Origin: Myxococcota bacterium
GTDB taxonomy: Bacteria > Myxococcota_A > UBA796 > GCA-2862545
Assembly: GCA_039208735.1 (NCBI GenBank)
Contig: JBCCQY010000018.1
Span: 1 to 64,000, forward strand
Length of the DNA: 64,000 nt
Reading direction: 5' to 3'
Shown here: positions 38,616 through 48,360 of the stretch, in pieces
Layout of the letters: every line of letters begins with the position of its first letter
Numbering within the stretch: position 1 is the stretch's first letter
Program-made: the position numbers and the translations under genes
Notes under the pieces: generated by a model
Database searches by the model: none
Seen by the model: only the letters and a program-made list of their open reading frames with translations
What the model was told of the DNA's origin: nothing

Positions 38616-40033
38616 GCCGCCTCCTGGGTCTCGAGACGACGAGCCTGCAGCCCTAGGAGGGCCAGTCCGACCATAAACCAACCCACAAGCGCCAGGATCT
38701 CAATGCTTCGACCGCCCAGTACGGACGTCAGCGGTGGCACTCGGTGTTCGTAGGCCCCAAGATCGGCCAGAAACGCCGCATCAGCCTTCCAAGACCAATC
38801 TCCGGACTTCGAGCCTCCATAGGCATGTTCGTGGTTCAGCGCCTCCACCCAGGCTCGGCGATAGTCCTCCACCGCGCGTTGAAACGCAAGATCATGAGCC
38901 AAGTCGGTTCCGGCCAGGCTCATCGAGAGGCCATCGATGGCTTGGTAAGGATTGACCAATGCCGCGATGCGCCCGACCTGGGCCTGCCGGTCGAAGGTGG
39001 CGTGCAGGCGCCCGTAGTGTTCGTCCCAGACCGGGTTTCCATATTCCTCGTCGAGCTGCATCACGATGCCGGTGAAGTTGATTGGCAAGTCCTCGGTCTT
39101 CTCGACGCTGTACTCGGCCAGGACCTGCTCGCGAATCTCGTCGATCCGCTTGTCCAAGGGGTTGTGCCCGTCGATTTTCTTGCCCTTGTCCTCGAACATT
39201 GCGGACCGGAACGCATCCCGCGTAGGCAGTGTCGCCACCTGCGAAGCCATCGTGGTCGTCACCCTCGGAAGGACCGCCGTTCCCGCCACCCAACTCAGGA
39301 GGACGACCAGCAGTGCCATACCTGGAGACCGAGTGGCATAGGAGACCCCGACGGTGGTCGCCGAGATGACCCCGTAGAACAGAGCGTAGAACGCCCCCAT
39401 GCCCACAAGGCGGTCCACCGCCACCGACGCGATGGTCTGGGGATCCGCGGCGATGGCGGCGACCGCGACCGTAGCCATCAGCAACAGGCCCACCGACCAC
39501 AGGGCGAGGAACCGTCCCACGACCCAGGCACGGGGGGACGCGCCGTGGGCGAGCGCCCACCGGAATCGGCCCGAGGCACGGTCAGATGCAGTGGCCGTCG
39601 CCCCCATCAACAGAACGAGCAACGGCCCAACAACCTGCAGCAGGAAAGCCGGATCGAACCTTCCGAAACGAGTGATGGACCCTGCGTTGGCCGACGCGGT
39701 GTGGATCGGGATGCCCTGCGCATGGCCCTCGACCCGAAGCACCCGCCCGAGCGAAGCCTGGACCCCTCCGTCAATACGAGCCAGGGGGCCGCTGGGTCGG
39801 AACACGAAGTCCCCGAAATGGGCCATCCCATGAGGATTGGCGGCCCCCTGCGCGAGCCAATCTGCCCGCGCCTGCGCCGACGCCGCCCGCTGGGCTTCCA
39901 CTTGGCGCCGATCCAACGATGCCGACCACCACGAGGCAGCTCCCAACACGAGGAGCACTGCGAAGAGAGCCCCCACGATCCGGGGCGACCTTAGGGTGCG
40001 CATCCACTCGAGGCGGAACAAGACCAGGGCCAT
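38612..40033 (-). CDS. ABC-2 type permease, DUF3526 family
   Basis: WLAQGAANPHGMAHFG, RFGRFDPAFLLQ and SLAGTD motifs, with TM helices. Confidence 0.88.
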   Translation of the reverse strand: MALVLFRLEWMRTLRSPRIVGALFAVLLVLGAASWWSASLDRRQVEAQRAASAQARADWLAQGAANPHGMAHFGDFVFRPSGPLARIDGGVQASLGRVLRVEGHAQGIPIHTASANAGSITRFGRFDPAFLLQVVGPLLVLLMGATATASDRASGRFRWALAHGASPRAWVVGRFLALWSVGLLLMATVAVAAIAADPQTIASVAVDRLVGMGAFYALFYGVISATTVGVSYATRSPGMALLVVLLSWVAGTAVLPRVTTTMASQVATLPTRDAFRSAMFEDKGKKIDGHNPLDKRIDEIREQVLAEYSVEKTEDLPINFTGIVMQLDEEYGNPVWDEHYGRLHATFDRQAQVGRIAALVNPYQAIDGLSMSLAGTDLAHDLAFQRAVEDYRRAWVEALNHEHAYGGSKSGDWSWKADAAFLADLGAYEHRVPPLTSVLGGRSIEILALVGWFMVGLALLGLQARRLETQEAA

Positions 40034-40047
40034 GGCGAAAGCCTCCT

Positions 40048-40758
40048 TCAGGACGCGGCGCGCATGTGGTGCAGATAGAGACGTTGGACCTCGGCCGCAT
40101 CGACCGCTTGGGCATCGATCGATTCCACCAAGGCCCCGCTGCGCAGGATGCTGATGTGGGTGGCGACCTCTTGGGCCCGAAAAATGTCATGGGTCGTCAT
40201 GAGGATGGCGCGGCCGGCGTCCCGCTGTCGAAGCAGCGACGCGGCAAACTCGTTGGCCGCGAGGGGGTCAAGGCCCGACATCGGCTCGTCAAGCAGCAGG
40301 ACCTGGGCATTACGGATACTGGCAATCGCCAAACCCACCTTCTGACGCATGCCCTTCGAGTACCCCTGCACCCGCTGATGCACCTGCTCGGCGACCAACC
40401 CGTGATCCACCAGAGCTTGTTCGAGGGCGTCTCGCCGCGGACGCCGGCCCGCCATCCGCTCAAAGAGGTCCAGGTTCTCGAACCCTGTCAGCTCTGGATA
40501 GAGGCTGACATTCTCGGGGATGTAAGCCAACTGGGCCCGCGCCTTACGCGGCTCGGCGCCAGGGTCGATGCCGTTCACCGTAATCGAGCCCTCATCCGGA
40601 CGAAGAAACCCAAGAAAAAGCTGAATGGTCGTTGTCTTTCCCGCTCCGTTGGCACCAAGAAGACACCGGATTTCGCCGGGTTCAACGCGAAGCGTCAACC
40701 CTTCCACGGCGATGACGGTCCCAAAGCGTTTCGTGATGGCAGTGGCATCGAGCATCAA
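40048..40758 (-). CDS. ABC transporter ATP-binding protein
   Basis: GANGAGKTT, YSKGMRQK, LLLDEP and TTHD. Confidence 0.95.
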   Translation of the reverse strand: MMLDATAITKRFGTVIAVEGLTLRVEPGEIRCLLGANGAGKTTTIQLFLGFLRPDEGSITVNGIDPGAEPRKARAQLAYIPENVSLYPELTGFENLDLFERMAGRRPRRDALEQALVDHGLVAEQVHQRVQGYSKGMRQKVGLAIASIRNAQVLLLDEPMSGLDPLAANEFAASLLRQRDAGRAILMTTHDIFRAQEVATHISILRSGALVESIDAQAVDAAEVQRLYLHHMRAAS

Positions 40759-40770
40759 ACGACCTCGCTA

Positions 40771-40806
40771 ATCAGCGGTAAGCGGAGCTTTCGCGAGTCT
40801 GATCAG
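40771..40806. repeat. Short REP-like unit C variant
   Basis: atcagcggtaagcggagctttcgcgagtctgatcag matches both ends of the reverse complement of 50435-50504, with an internal deletion. Confidence 0.7.
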
Positions 40807-40847
40807 CCCGCTCGGCCGGGCTCAGCTTAGAGACAACGGGCCCGTTC

Positions 40848-40862
40848 TGCAACTCGGTTGCA
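40848..40862. promoter_or_regulatory. Palindrome TGCAAC-N3-GTTGCA, candidate Zur/Fur-family box
   Basis: Perfect 6-3-6 inverted repeat about 90 nt upstream of the ABC operon. Confidence 0.65.
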
Positions 40863-40934
40863 ATAACGATCGCCTGAGTGCCGTCGACGATGGGGAGGCC
40901 ATGCTCGACGAGATGTCCTGCCATAGGAGGAAGC

Positions 40935-41843
40935 ATGGACGTTCCTACGGACTGGCAGGCGTTGACTCCGGAAGCTGACGAGGCCCTCACCAAAGTGGCC
41001 ACTCTGGCGCGCGACCAGGTCCTCGCCACGAAACATGACGTCGAAAGCGTTCGAAGTGCGCTGGCGGACTTCCTCGAGGGGTGGAAGTCGGTAGGGAGCC
41101 TATTTCCAGGCGTCGAAGACACCGATGTACGCGAATGCATCGCGGACTTCTTCGACGAACTCGTCCGGGAATCCGGTGCCGACCTCGATCCCGAGGTGCT
41201 CTGGGAGGAGTGCGCGTTCGGGCTCGTGGGTACGCCTGACCCGCCTACCCTCACAGATGCGTTGGGGGCAAACGACCCACCGTGGGCCCTCGGATTGGCG
41301 ACGGCGTTGCGAAACGGACTCATGGCCTCGATCCAAGATGACGTCGGGCGCATCCATCTCCCCGCCATCGGGGCCCTCCAGGTCCGATATCGGCCGGGCC
41401 GTCCCGGGATGCCGATGCCACGGCGTCCCGTGGACCGATTGCAAGCCGCTGCGGCTGGCGCCCAGCTCGCCATCCCGTCGCGAACCTGGATCACCTGGCG
41501 CACGCATCCCGACGTACTCACCGTCCTTCAGGACCCCGGTGCTTGGACCCCCAAAGGGACGGGTCCGCTGGCCGAAACCTTTGCGGAGGTTCTTGGCTCC
41601 ATGGACGCAGCCGAGGCCTACACGACAACCCTGCGAGCCTTGGCGGCGACACTCGGCGAGGACCGTGCGATGGTCGAGGTTGGGCGCGCTTGGGTGTTCC
41701 GACGTGTCGATCGCCCCACCGTGACCGGCCGAAATCCGGATGCCGGAGAGACCTTCACGATCCCCAGCCGCACTCAACTGCAGCTGCACGTCCGGCGTAA
41801 AACGCGCGACCTCATCACAGTCGCGTTCGAACGTCCGTCGTGA
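40935..41843 (+). CDS. Hypothetical protein with degenerate HU/IHF-like segments
   Basis: AGGAGG RBS. C-terminal RPTVTGRNPDAGETFTIPSRT resembles the HU beta-arm; an internal IHLPAIGALQVRYRPGRPG is similar. Confidence 0.7.
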   Translation: MDVPTDWQALTPEADEALTKVATLARDQVLATKHDVESVRSALADFLEGWKSVGSLFPGVEDTDVRECIADFFDELVRESGADLDPEVLWEECAFGLVGTPDPPTLTDALGANDPPWALGLATALRNGLMASIQDDVGRIHLPAIGALQVRYRPGRPGMPMPRRPVDRLQAAAAGAQLAIPSRTWITWRTHPDVLTVLQDPGAWTPKGTGPLAETFAEVLGSMDAAEAYTTTLRALAATLGEDRAMVEVGRAWVFRRVDRPTVTGRNPDAGETFTIPSRTQLQLHVRRKTRDLITVAFERPS

Positions 41844-41844
41844 A

Positions 41845-42321
41845 TCAGGCTACCGGGTCCCAGTCCAGCGCGACGTATTCCTCGACGGCGTTGTCCACAT
41901 CGAGCTTCCTCGTAAAGCCGAGCGACGCATAAAGCGCCTGCGCAACCGCGTTGTTGCGGTGGTAGCTGGTGGCGATCCGTCGCACCTGGGGCACAGCTTT
42001 CAACTGCCGCACCACTTCGCGCATTGCGGCCCGGCCATAGCCTTTGCCCTGCTGATCGGCGGCCACCATGAGGCGCTTGATGAAGCCGATCTCGTCCCAA
42101 ACCTGGTACATCACGAAGCCGCGGACTGGGTCGGACGCATTGGCCACGCGACCGACCAACGAGCCGTCGTAAATGGCAAGCGGGGTCAGCCGCGGGTTGA
42201 CGGAGGCTTCCGCCAACGACTCCACATTCGGGGCAACAAACGGCTCCTGGTCAGGGGCAACACGACAGCGCAACACCGGCCGGAGGGTCGTCATCGTGAC
42301 TTCTCGAAGGGTGATATCCAT
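41845..42321 (-). CDS. GNAT N-acetyltransferase (spermidine/diamine acetyltransferase-like)
   Basis: MDITLREVT start after GAGGAG. QEPFVAPNVESLAEA, RLMVAADQQGKGYG and NAVAQALYASLGF. Confidence 0.9.
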   Translation of the reverse strand: MDITLREVTMTTLRPVLRCRVAPDQEPFVAPNVESLAEASVNPRLTPLAIYDGSLVGRVANASDPVRGFVMYQVWDEIGFIKRLMVAADQQGKGYGRAAMREVVRQLKAVPQVRRIATSYHRNNAVAQALYASLGFTRKLDVDNAVEEYVALDWDPVA

Positions 42322-42701
42322 GGGAACTCCTCGGCAACGGAAAGGAGCGACGTAGCACGTGGCGTGCGCCGTCGTGCCGAACCCACAGATGCCCCTCCGA
42401 AACGCAGCGCCTACCGGCGTCGGCGCGTGGCCAGAAGTCGGCCTCACCGCCATCTCCGTTGTCGACACCGGTGTCAATGCGGGCTCCTCCATTGGGACAG
42501 TTGGCACCCGCAGGCTCAGCCTCGACCGCAACGAGAGCCGCCAGTCCATTGGCTCCATCCTCGCCGTCGGTTCCCGCCTCACCTCGGCACCGTTGCAGAC
42601 ACCCCCCATGAACTTTGCTAGACCGGCCATCGAGGGTCGAGACGAAGTACAAGACTTGGCGTGCCATTGGACGAAAGAGGTTTCACCATGACCCTCGAAA
42701 C

Positions 42702-44444
42702 ATGAACCCCGAACTGCTCGAGCGCCTCCGTTCCGACCTCGCAGTGTTCTGGCCCGATCGCTTTCGGCTTGACCGCGTTTCCCACCCCGAAGATTGGCTT
42801 GTGTTTGCCGACGCGCTGCAGGAGTCCGGCGATCAACGTGGAGAACTCATCGATCTCGAGCGCCGCTTCGCGGAGACCGGCAACCGGGCGTTCGACCATC
42901 AGCGCGCCCTACTGGCCCAGGCGCTGCACCTTCAAGGGGGCGCCATTCCCGAACCGTTCATCGGCCCAGGCAACCCGCTGCGCCCCCACGGCTTCATCTC
43001 GTCGGTCCGCCTGAAGCCGGGTGATCTCGCCACGCTCGCCAAGGTGGTTGCGCACCCAGATGCTCGCCTCCTCTCGGTGCTCCATCTCGAACCCGACCCA
43101 CCACGCTTGCCCGAACTCGCCAACGCCCTCGCTATCCATCCCGAGTTCGCGCAACTCCGCGGTCTGGCGATCACCTCAACCCTAGACGCCAAGGCGATGG
43201 CGGACCTACTCGCCATCCCCCACCTAGGGGGACTGACCGCCCTCACCCTGGCGGTCGATGAAGCATCGCTGGCGGCGTTGGTCCGAGGACCCTGGCGTCC
43301 GAGAAGAGCGGTGTTGTCCTGGACCCCGTCGATGGACGCGCAAGTCTTCACCGAAGCCCCAGCCTTTGCCCAGCTCGAAGAACTGGTGCTGCGTGGCCCC
43401 CTGTCGGACAAGGCGGCCGAGGCGCTTGTTCCCCAACTCGGAGCCCTGCGACGGTTGACGTTGATGGGGCACGGACCACAGGGCACAGGGCCGTTTGCCA
43501 CAATGCCAGGGTTGCCGAACCTCGAAACGGTGGACGTTCTACGGCTCGCCACGACCACCCGCGATGTGGCCGCCTTCGTAGCGGGAGCGCACCGACCCTC
43601 GCTTGAACGCGTTCGGATTCGATGCAGTCGCCTCGGTGACGCCAAACCCCACGTCGGCAACCTTACCGGGCCAGCCACCATCGAAGTGGACCTCGATGAC
43701 GAACGATGCGGCCAAGCCATGGCGACCCTCTCCCCCGCTGGGGTCTTTGGTCGGACGCGGGCGATTCGGCTGGGTCAAGCCGGCGCCATGGGGTTTCGCG
43801 CCTTGCTCCAAGCGCCCGATCTCTCCGGCCTCGAACGATTGGACGGCCGGCGCTGTGACCTCAATTCCGCACGGCTTCGAGCCTTGTTCAACCGCGAATG
43901 CCCTCGGCTCACGCAGCTGTGGCTCGACGACAATCCACTGGGCGACCGTGGGGTGGGTGAACTTGCGGCCTGGCCCGGACTCAGTTCACTCGTGGACTTG
44001 CGTTTGCTGGGCACCGAGATGACGCTGGATGGGCTGATGACCCTGATGAATTCGCCTCACCTGAACGATCTGCGGGTGCTTCATCTCGATCCTGAACTTC
44101 CCAATGGCGACCTCTCCGCCCTCGCCGCAGCGCAGGCCCTTCGCCCTCAGGAACTCGTATTCGTGCCACAAGGTCCCCAGGGTCTCCCCCCTCTGGCCCG
44201 CTCTTCCGTCCTCTCCCAGGTCCGTCGACTGACGCTGTCGGGTCCGGATCTACAGCCTGCCGATCTTGCCGCCTTACTCGAGAGCCCTCACCTCACCCAA
44301 CTCGAAGTGCTTGACCTGCGGCCCCGACCCCACCTCGCGGCCCAGGTTCCCGAGGCAACAACGCGGTTGTTGCGAGAGGCGCAACATGCATGGCCCAAGC
44401 TCAAAGACATCCGTGGCGTGTCTCCTGAAGCGTGGCTTGGGTAG
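42702..44444 (+). CDS. TIGR02996-like domain plus leucine-rich repeat protein
   Basis: WLVFADALQESGDQRGELI, then LxxLxLxxN-type repeats (LTQLWLDDNPLGDRG, SPHLTQLEVLDL). Confidence 0.85.
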   Translation: MNPELLERLRSDLAVFWPDRFRLDRVSHPEDWLVFADALQESGDQRGELIDLERRFAETGNRAFDHQRALLAQALHLQGGAIPEPFIGPGNPLRPHGFISSVRLKPGDLATLAKVVAHPDARLLSVLHLEPDPPRLPELANALAIHPEFAQLRGLAITSTLDAKAMADLLAIPHLGGLTALTLAVDEASLAALVRGPWRPRRAVLSWTPSMDAQVFTEAPAFAQLEELVLRGPLSDKAAEALVPQLGALRRLTLMGHGPQGTGPFATMPGLPNLETVDVLRLATTTRDVAAFVAGAHRPSLERVRIRCSRLGDAKPHVGNLTGPATIEVDLDDERCGQAMATLSPAGVFGRTRAIRLGQAGAMGFRALLQAPDLSGLERLDGRRCDLNSARLRALFNRECPRLTQLWLDDNPLGDRGVGELAAWPGLSSLVDLRLLGTEMTLDGLMTLMNSPHLNDLRVLHLDPELPNGDLSALAAAQALRPQELVFVPQGPQGLPPLARSSVLSQVRRLTLSGPDLQPADLAALLESPHLTQLEVLDLRPRPHLAAQVPEATTRLLREAQHAWPKLKDIRGVSPEAWLG

Positions 44445-44447
44445 GCC

Positions 44448-44837
44448 TTACGGTAGCAGCAGGACTTCGAACAGTCGGTGGTCTTCGGCCAATTCGATGA
44501 ACAGAACCCCTCCGTACGACAATGGGCCGTCGGACTGGCTTGCCATTAACCGTAGCTCGTACGAACCTGCTTCGAGCGCCGTAGCGGTAAACTGCGTTTG
44601 CTCGCAATCCGCCAACACGGGAAATCCATCGACCGGTGCACTCATCGGCATTTCCGTCAGGTTGATCTGAACCAGCTCGACCCCATTGTCGTCGCACGAG
44701 CCGTTGAACACGAAGTCCCAATACACGGTGAAACTTGCCTGTGGACCCGTGGCCCCGAGCGACGGCGCTTCGACCACGGCGACGTCTCCATCAGGAATGC
44801 ACGCCACCAGCCAGCACAGCAGTAGCGCCCTCACCAT
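44448..44837 (-). CDS. Small hypothetical lipoprotein
   Basis: MVRALLLCWLVAC lipobox, beta-sandwich-like sequence with a Cys pair. Start overlaps the upstream stop. Confidence 0.72.
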   Translation of the reverse strand: MVRALLLCWLVACIPDGDVAVVEAPSLGATGPQASFTVYWDFVFNGSCDDNGVELVQINLTEMPMSAPVDGFPVLADCEQTQFTATALEAGSYELRLMASQSDGPLSYGGVLFIELAEDHRLFEVLLLP

Positions 44838-45313
44838 CGGACCGTCCATCGGGCCGCAAGGCCCGTCCCAGAACGCGTGGGCTCGATCACCATCATGCTT
44901 GAGCCGATGGCCACGGTCCCGATTCCGGCGGCAAGAATGGCTTGCCCCGCCTTCTGGGCCCGGCGTCGTTGGCGTAGTTCGTCGGCGGCATCATCATTGG
45001 CGGCGACAATAACGCCATCTCGCACCACGAAGAGTCCCCGCTGACGGGACTCAAGCCACCACGACCCATTCACCGCCGTCAGGCTCCCTCCCACCGCCAC
45101 TGCAGCCGTTCCCACGGTGACCGTTGCGAGGCCAAGCACCCACAGCACCGGCCGACCCTTCCGCTTTGAGGTACGAGCCAACGTGCGGCCGGGTACGTGC
45201 AGATGCACACGGTGCGGCACCGGCGAATGGCGGTTGAACACCAGTTCGTCGTGCACCGGGCCGTGCGCTGTCGCAACCTGGCTTCCTAGTACGGCCGACA
45301 ATGTGATCCACAT
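44831..45313 (-). CDS. Hypothetical exported/membrane protein
   Basis: Signal-like N-terminus, two Gly/Ala-rich hydrophobic segments, and a terminal WTVRW. Confidence 0.65.
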   Translation of the reverse strand: MWITLSAVLGSQVATAHGPVHDELVFNRHSPVPHRVHLHVPGRTLARTSKRKGRPVLWVLGLATVTVGTAAVAVGGSLTAVNGSWWLESRQRGLFVVRDGVIVAANDDAADELRQRRRAQKAGQAILAAGIGTVAIGSSMMVIEPTRSGTGLAARWTVRW

Positions 45314-45383
45314 CGAATTGTCCCCCAAACCCGTGAGGAGTATGCCGGATTGCCGAACTGTCGAACAGGTGCGTACCGGTTCT

Positions 45384-48170
45384 TCACGACCTCTCTTTTG
45401 GCACCGAGCGCACACACAGGCGCTTCAAGAAGGTGCTGAACACATCAGGAGTCGGCAGATCGGTAAGGCGTCGAAGGGCCGATGCGCGGGCCCGTCGTGG
45501 CGTTCGACCCATCACTTCAATCATGGCGGACGCCACGGCGAGTGGGCTCTGAACGGACTGAAGGAGCGCGGGTTCAGTACGGTTCTGCAAGGTCTCAAGG
45601 CAGTCGGAAGCGCAGTCAGCCGACTCCACAATCGACAATAGGCAAGCCAGGAGAACCGTGAAGTAGACGCCTGTGAACGTATCGGCCAGCGTCTGCGACG
45701 CCTCCCGGAGTCGAGGTTCTGCCTCCTCGAAGCGCCCCTCGGCCCAGTAGAGCGAGCCAAGGTTCCCATCGGCAATGGCGACGTACGTAGGGACCCCGAG
45801 CGCGGCCAGTCGACCCCGAGCATCGCACAGCAGCGGTTCTGCCCCCCTCAAGCGGCCACGATGGAGCCGAACCACCCCGAGGTTCAGTCGAACGAGCCCT
45901 TGGTACTCGACAATGCCGTGCGCATCAACCTGATGCAAAACCTCCTGGTACGCCGCTTCAGCCTCTGCGAGTCGATTACAGTTATGCAAAGACGCAGCAT
46001 GATCCGCCGAGAACCTCGCAACGCGTTCTCTCGACCCAACATGGCGTTGGACCGCCAAAGCCTCTGCAAAGGCGTCCACCGCAATGTCATGACGGCCCCG
46101 CTGCCAGGCCAGCCCCCCCCGAATCGATGCCAGACGAGCCAGTTGCATGTGGGCTTGCGCACGTTCCAGGATGATGCGACTGTCGTGGAGCATCGTAGCC
46201 GCCGCTTCCGATTGTCCATCGTGACCAAGCGCACAAGCTAGAAACCCTCGAGTCACCGCCCAACTGACCTCGGGGCCGTGTATCCTACGGAGTTCGGTCG
46301 CTTCTCGCAGCAATGCAATCCCTTTGTCTACCTGACCGCGCAGCACCAACTGACGTCCTTGTGCATCCAATCCCCTCGCCAACAGCCGAGGGACGGCAAT
46401 CTGTCGTAGCGCTTGGACCGCATCCCTCATCCAACCGATTCGTTCATCGGGAGACGCCGCCTTCGCAGTCTCCGCCAGCCGACACTGCGCAATGGCCCAG
46501 AGGGCTGAACCCGGCGTTGCCTTACGAACCGCTTGCTCCCCCCAGCGCTGTGCCTCGTCGCCCAAGGTCAGCCACGCCCGCATGAGGCAGTACCGACATT
46601 GGCCGTCGGAATCCAACTGGTCGAAGTGTCCTCCAAGCACATCCAGCAACTCCGCCAACCGTTCGGCAGGGCCGCATGTCCACACCACATGGGCCTCTGC
46701 CCAGGCCAAACGAACGGCCAGCGCGATTCGATCCGCACGAATCGCCACGTCAAACCCAGCGCGAATGTTGGAAAGATCATCTTGTAGGGGCTGCAGCTCC
46801 TCAATGAGCAACCCATCCCCCAAGCGCGCGTAGTGCTCTGCAGCTCGGAGTTCAGCCATCGGATCAGGCCCTACGTTCCTTGCAAACGCCCGTACCGTGT
46901 CGAGCAACTGTAGCCGAACGCCCCGCGGGCCTCTGCTCGTGGAGAGCAATGAATGTCGCCACAGCGACTCCACCGCATCCGCTACAGACGTCGACTTGCA
47001 GGGAAGACGCAACACCGCCTCCGCGGCTTCCATAGAGAAGCTTCCCACGAAGGCCGCGCACTGGTTCAAAGCCGATGCCTCGACCGCGTTCAACAACGCC
47101 GCCGTCCATCCGACTGCTTCGGTGAGGGACGCCTGACGGGGCGGGCGCCGTGGGTCGCGGAGCACCGAGGAACCTCGAGCAACGCGCTCGGTGAGTTCCG
47201 TCGGACTCATGAGGGGCGCACGAGCCGCGGCAAGTTCGATGGCCAATGGCAACCCATCGAGGATGCGAGCCAGTTCCTGAACCGCTGGATCGGCAGCGTC
47301 GCCCCACCGGGGCAGCAGCGCATTGGCCCTCGTGACGATGAGGTTCGACGCGTCCGACAGATCCAATGGGGGAACCGTCAGGACGCAGGCCGCGTCGATC
47401 GATGGCAAGACCCGAGACGTGAAGAGCCAACGCATGCTGGGGGCCTGTTCCTCCCACCGGCGCATGAGCTCGGGAAGCAGGTCCGTCAGCCCCTCCACAC
47501 CATCCCCAATGATCAAGGCTGGTCCCCGCGCCTCAAGCACCATTCCCATGGACGAGGTAGGATCCGACTCTTGGACCCCAGGGCCCGCATGAAGACAAGA
47601 GGCCAATTGGGCAATGCAACCGTCAACCGTGACGCATTCCGAGAGGTCACACCACCACACGCCGCCCGGCGACCAACTCTCGAGGTATTGATAGGCATAC
47701 GCCAAGGCGAGTGACGTTTTCCCGATGCCCCCGGTGCCGTGCAGCACCACGACGGACGCATCGGAGTAGCTGTGGTGTAGCTTCTCCAGGAGGTCAGCCC
47801 GCCCGATCAGCGTCCTGGCCTCTCCCGGTAGCGCGTGCGAGGGTCGTTCCACGCCCGTGGGCATCGGGTCCAGCAGCTCGAATCGATACCCGGCCCCGTA
47901 CGCCGTCAACAGATGCCTGGGCCGTTTGGGATCGCGCTCGATCTTGGCCCGCACGCGGTGCACGGTCGACGTCACGGTTCGCGAACGGACGCTGGGGTTG
48001 TAGCCCCAAACCTCACGTAGCAGCTCTTGATGAGAAACCACTCGACTCGAATTGGCAAAAAGGTAGGCGAGCAGTCGACATTCGGTTGGCGAAAGGCGGT
48101 AGCTGGTGCCGGATTGCCGAACCGAACGCCTTTCGAGGTCGACCACACAGTCAAGCAAGCGGATGGTCAT
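45384..48170 (-). CDS. OmpR-type winged-HTH - STAND ATPase - TPR regulator
   Basis: LSPTECRLLAYL...ELLREVWGY...RVRAKIERDPKRPRHLLTAYGAGYRF, then GTGGIGKT and LDGLPLAIEL, then TPRs. GGGAGG RBS. Confidence 0.92.
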   Translation of the reverse strand: MTIRLLDCVVDLERRSVRQSGTSYRLSPTECRLLAYLFANSSRVVSHQELLREVWGYNPSVRSRTVTSTVHRVRAKIERDPKRPRHLLTAYGAGYRFELLDPMPTGVERPSHALPGEARTLIGRADLLEKLHHSYSDASVVVLHGTGGIGKTSLALAYAYQYLESWSPGGVWWCDLSECVTVDGCIAQLASCLHAGPGVQESDPTSSMGMVLEARGPALIIGDGVEGLTDLLPELMRRWEEQAPSMRWLFTSRVLPSIDAACVLTVPPLDLSDASNLIVTRANALLPRWGDAADPAVQELARILDGLPLAIELAAARAPLMSPTELTERVARGSSVLRDPRRPPRQASLTEAVGWTAALLNAVEASALNQCAAFVGSFSMEAAEAVLRLPCKSTSVADAVESLWRHSLLSTSRGPRGVRLQLLDTVRAFARNVGPDPMAELRAAEHYARLGDGLLIEELQPLQDDLSNIRAGFDVAIRADRIALAVRLAWAEAHVVWTCGPAERLAELLDVLGGHFDQLDSDGQCRYCLMRAWLTLGDEAQRWGEQAVRKATPGSALWAIAQCRLAETAKAASPDERIGWMRDAVQALRQIAVPRLLARGLDAQGRQLVLRGQVDKGIALLREATELRRIHGPEVSWAVTRGFLACALGHDGQSEAAATMLHDSRIILERAQAHMQLARLASIRGGLAWQRGRHDIAVDAFAEALAVQRHVGSRERVARFSADHAASLHNCNRLAEAEAAYQEVLHQVDAHGIVEYQGLVRLNLGVVRLHRGRLRGAEPLLCDARGRLAALGVPTYVAIADGNLGSLYWAEGRFEEAEPRLREASQTLADTFTGVYFTVLLACLLSIVESADCASDCLETLQNRTEPALLQSVQSPLAVASAMIEVMGRTPRRARASALRRLTDLPTPDVFSTFLKRLCVRSVPKERS

Positions 48171-48205
48171 CCGGCGCCTCCCCCTTCCGTTGTGATGATC
48201 CTGAG

Positions 48206-48242
48206 AGATTCGGTTTGCCCATCCCGCCGTAGATTCGGTTTG
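48206..48242. promoter_or_regulatory. 12-bp direct repeat AGATTCGGTTTG, two copies
   Basis: Exact copies at 48206-48217 and 48231-48242 in the divergent intergenic region. Confidence 0.55.
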
Positions 48243-48360
48243 TTCAACGGCCCTTCGGGCGGCGCTTTCGTTGCTCTTCTGATTGCCTGCGACGCACTCG
48301 GCAACCAAATGTTGAACGTTGAAGCCCCCTCAAGACCTGGTACCAACAAAGGAACAAAGC

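Noticed and set aside
38744..39994. 416-aa plus-strand ORF
   Set aside because: Antisense shadow of the DUF3526 permease.
42322..42630. Long N-terminal extension of the GNAT protein
   Set aside because: A good RBS precedes ATG 42321, and the extension has no recognisable features.
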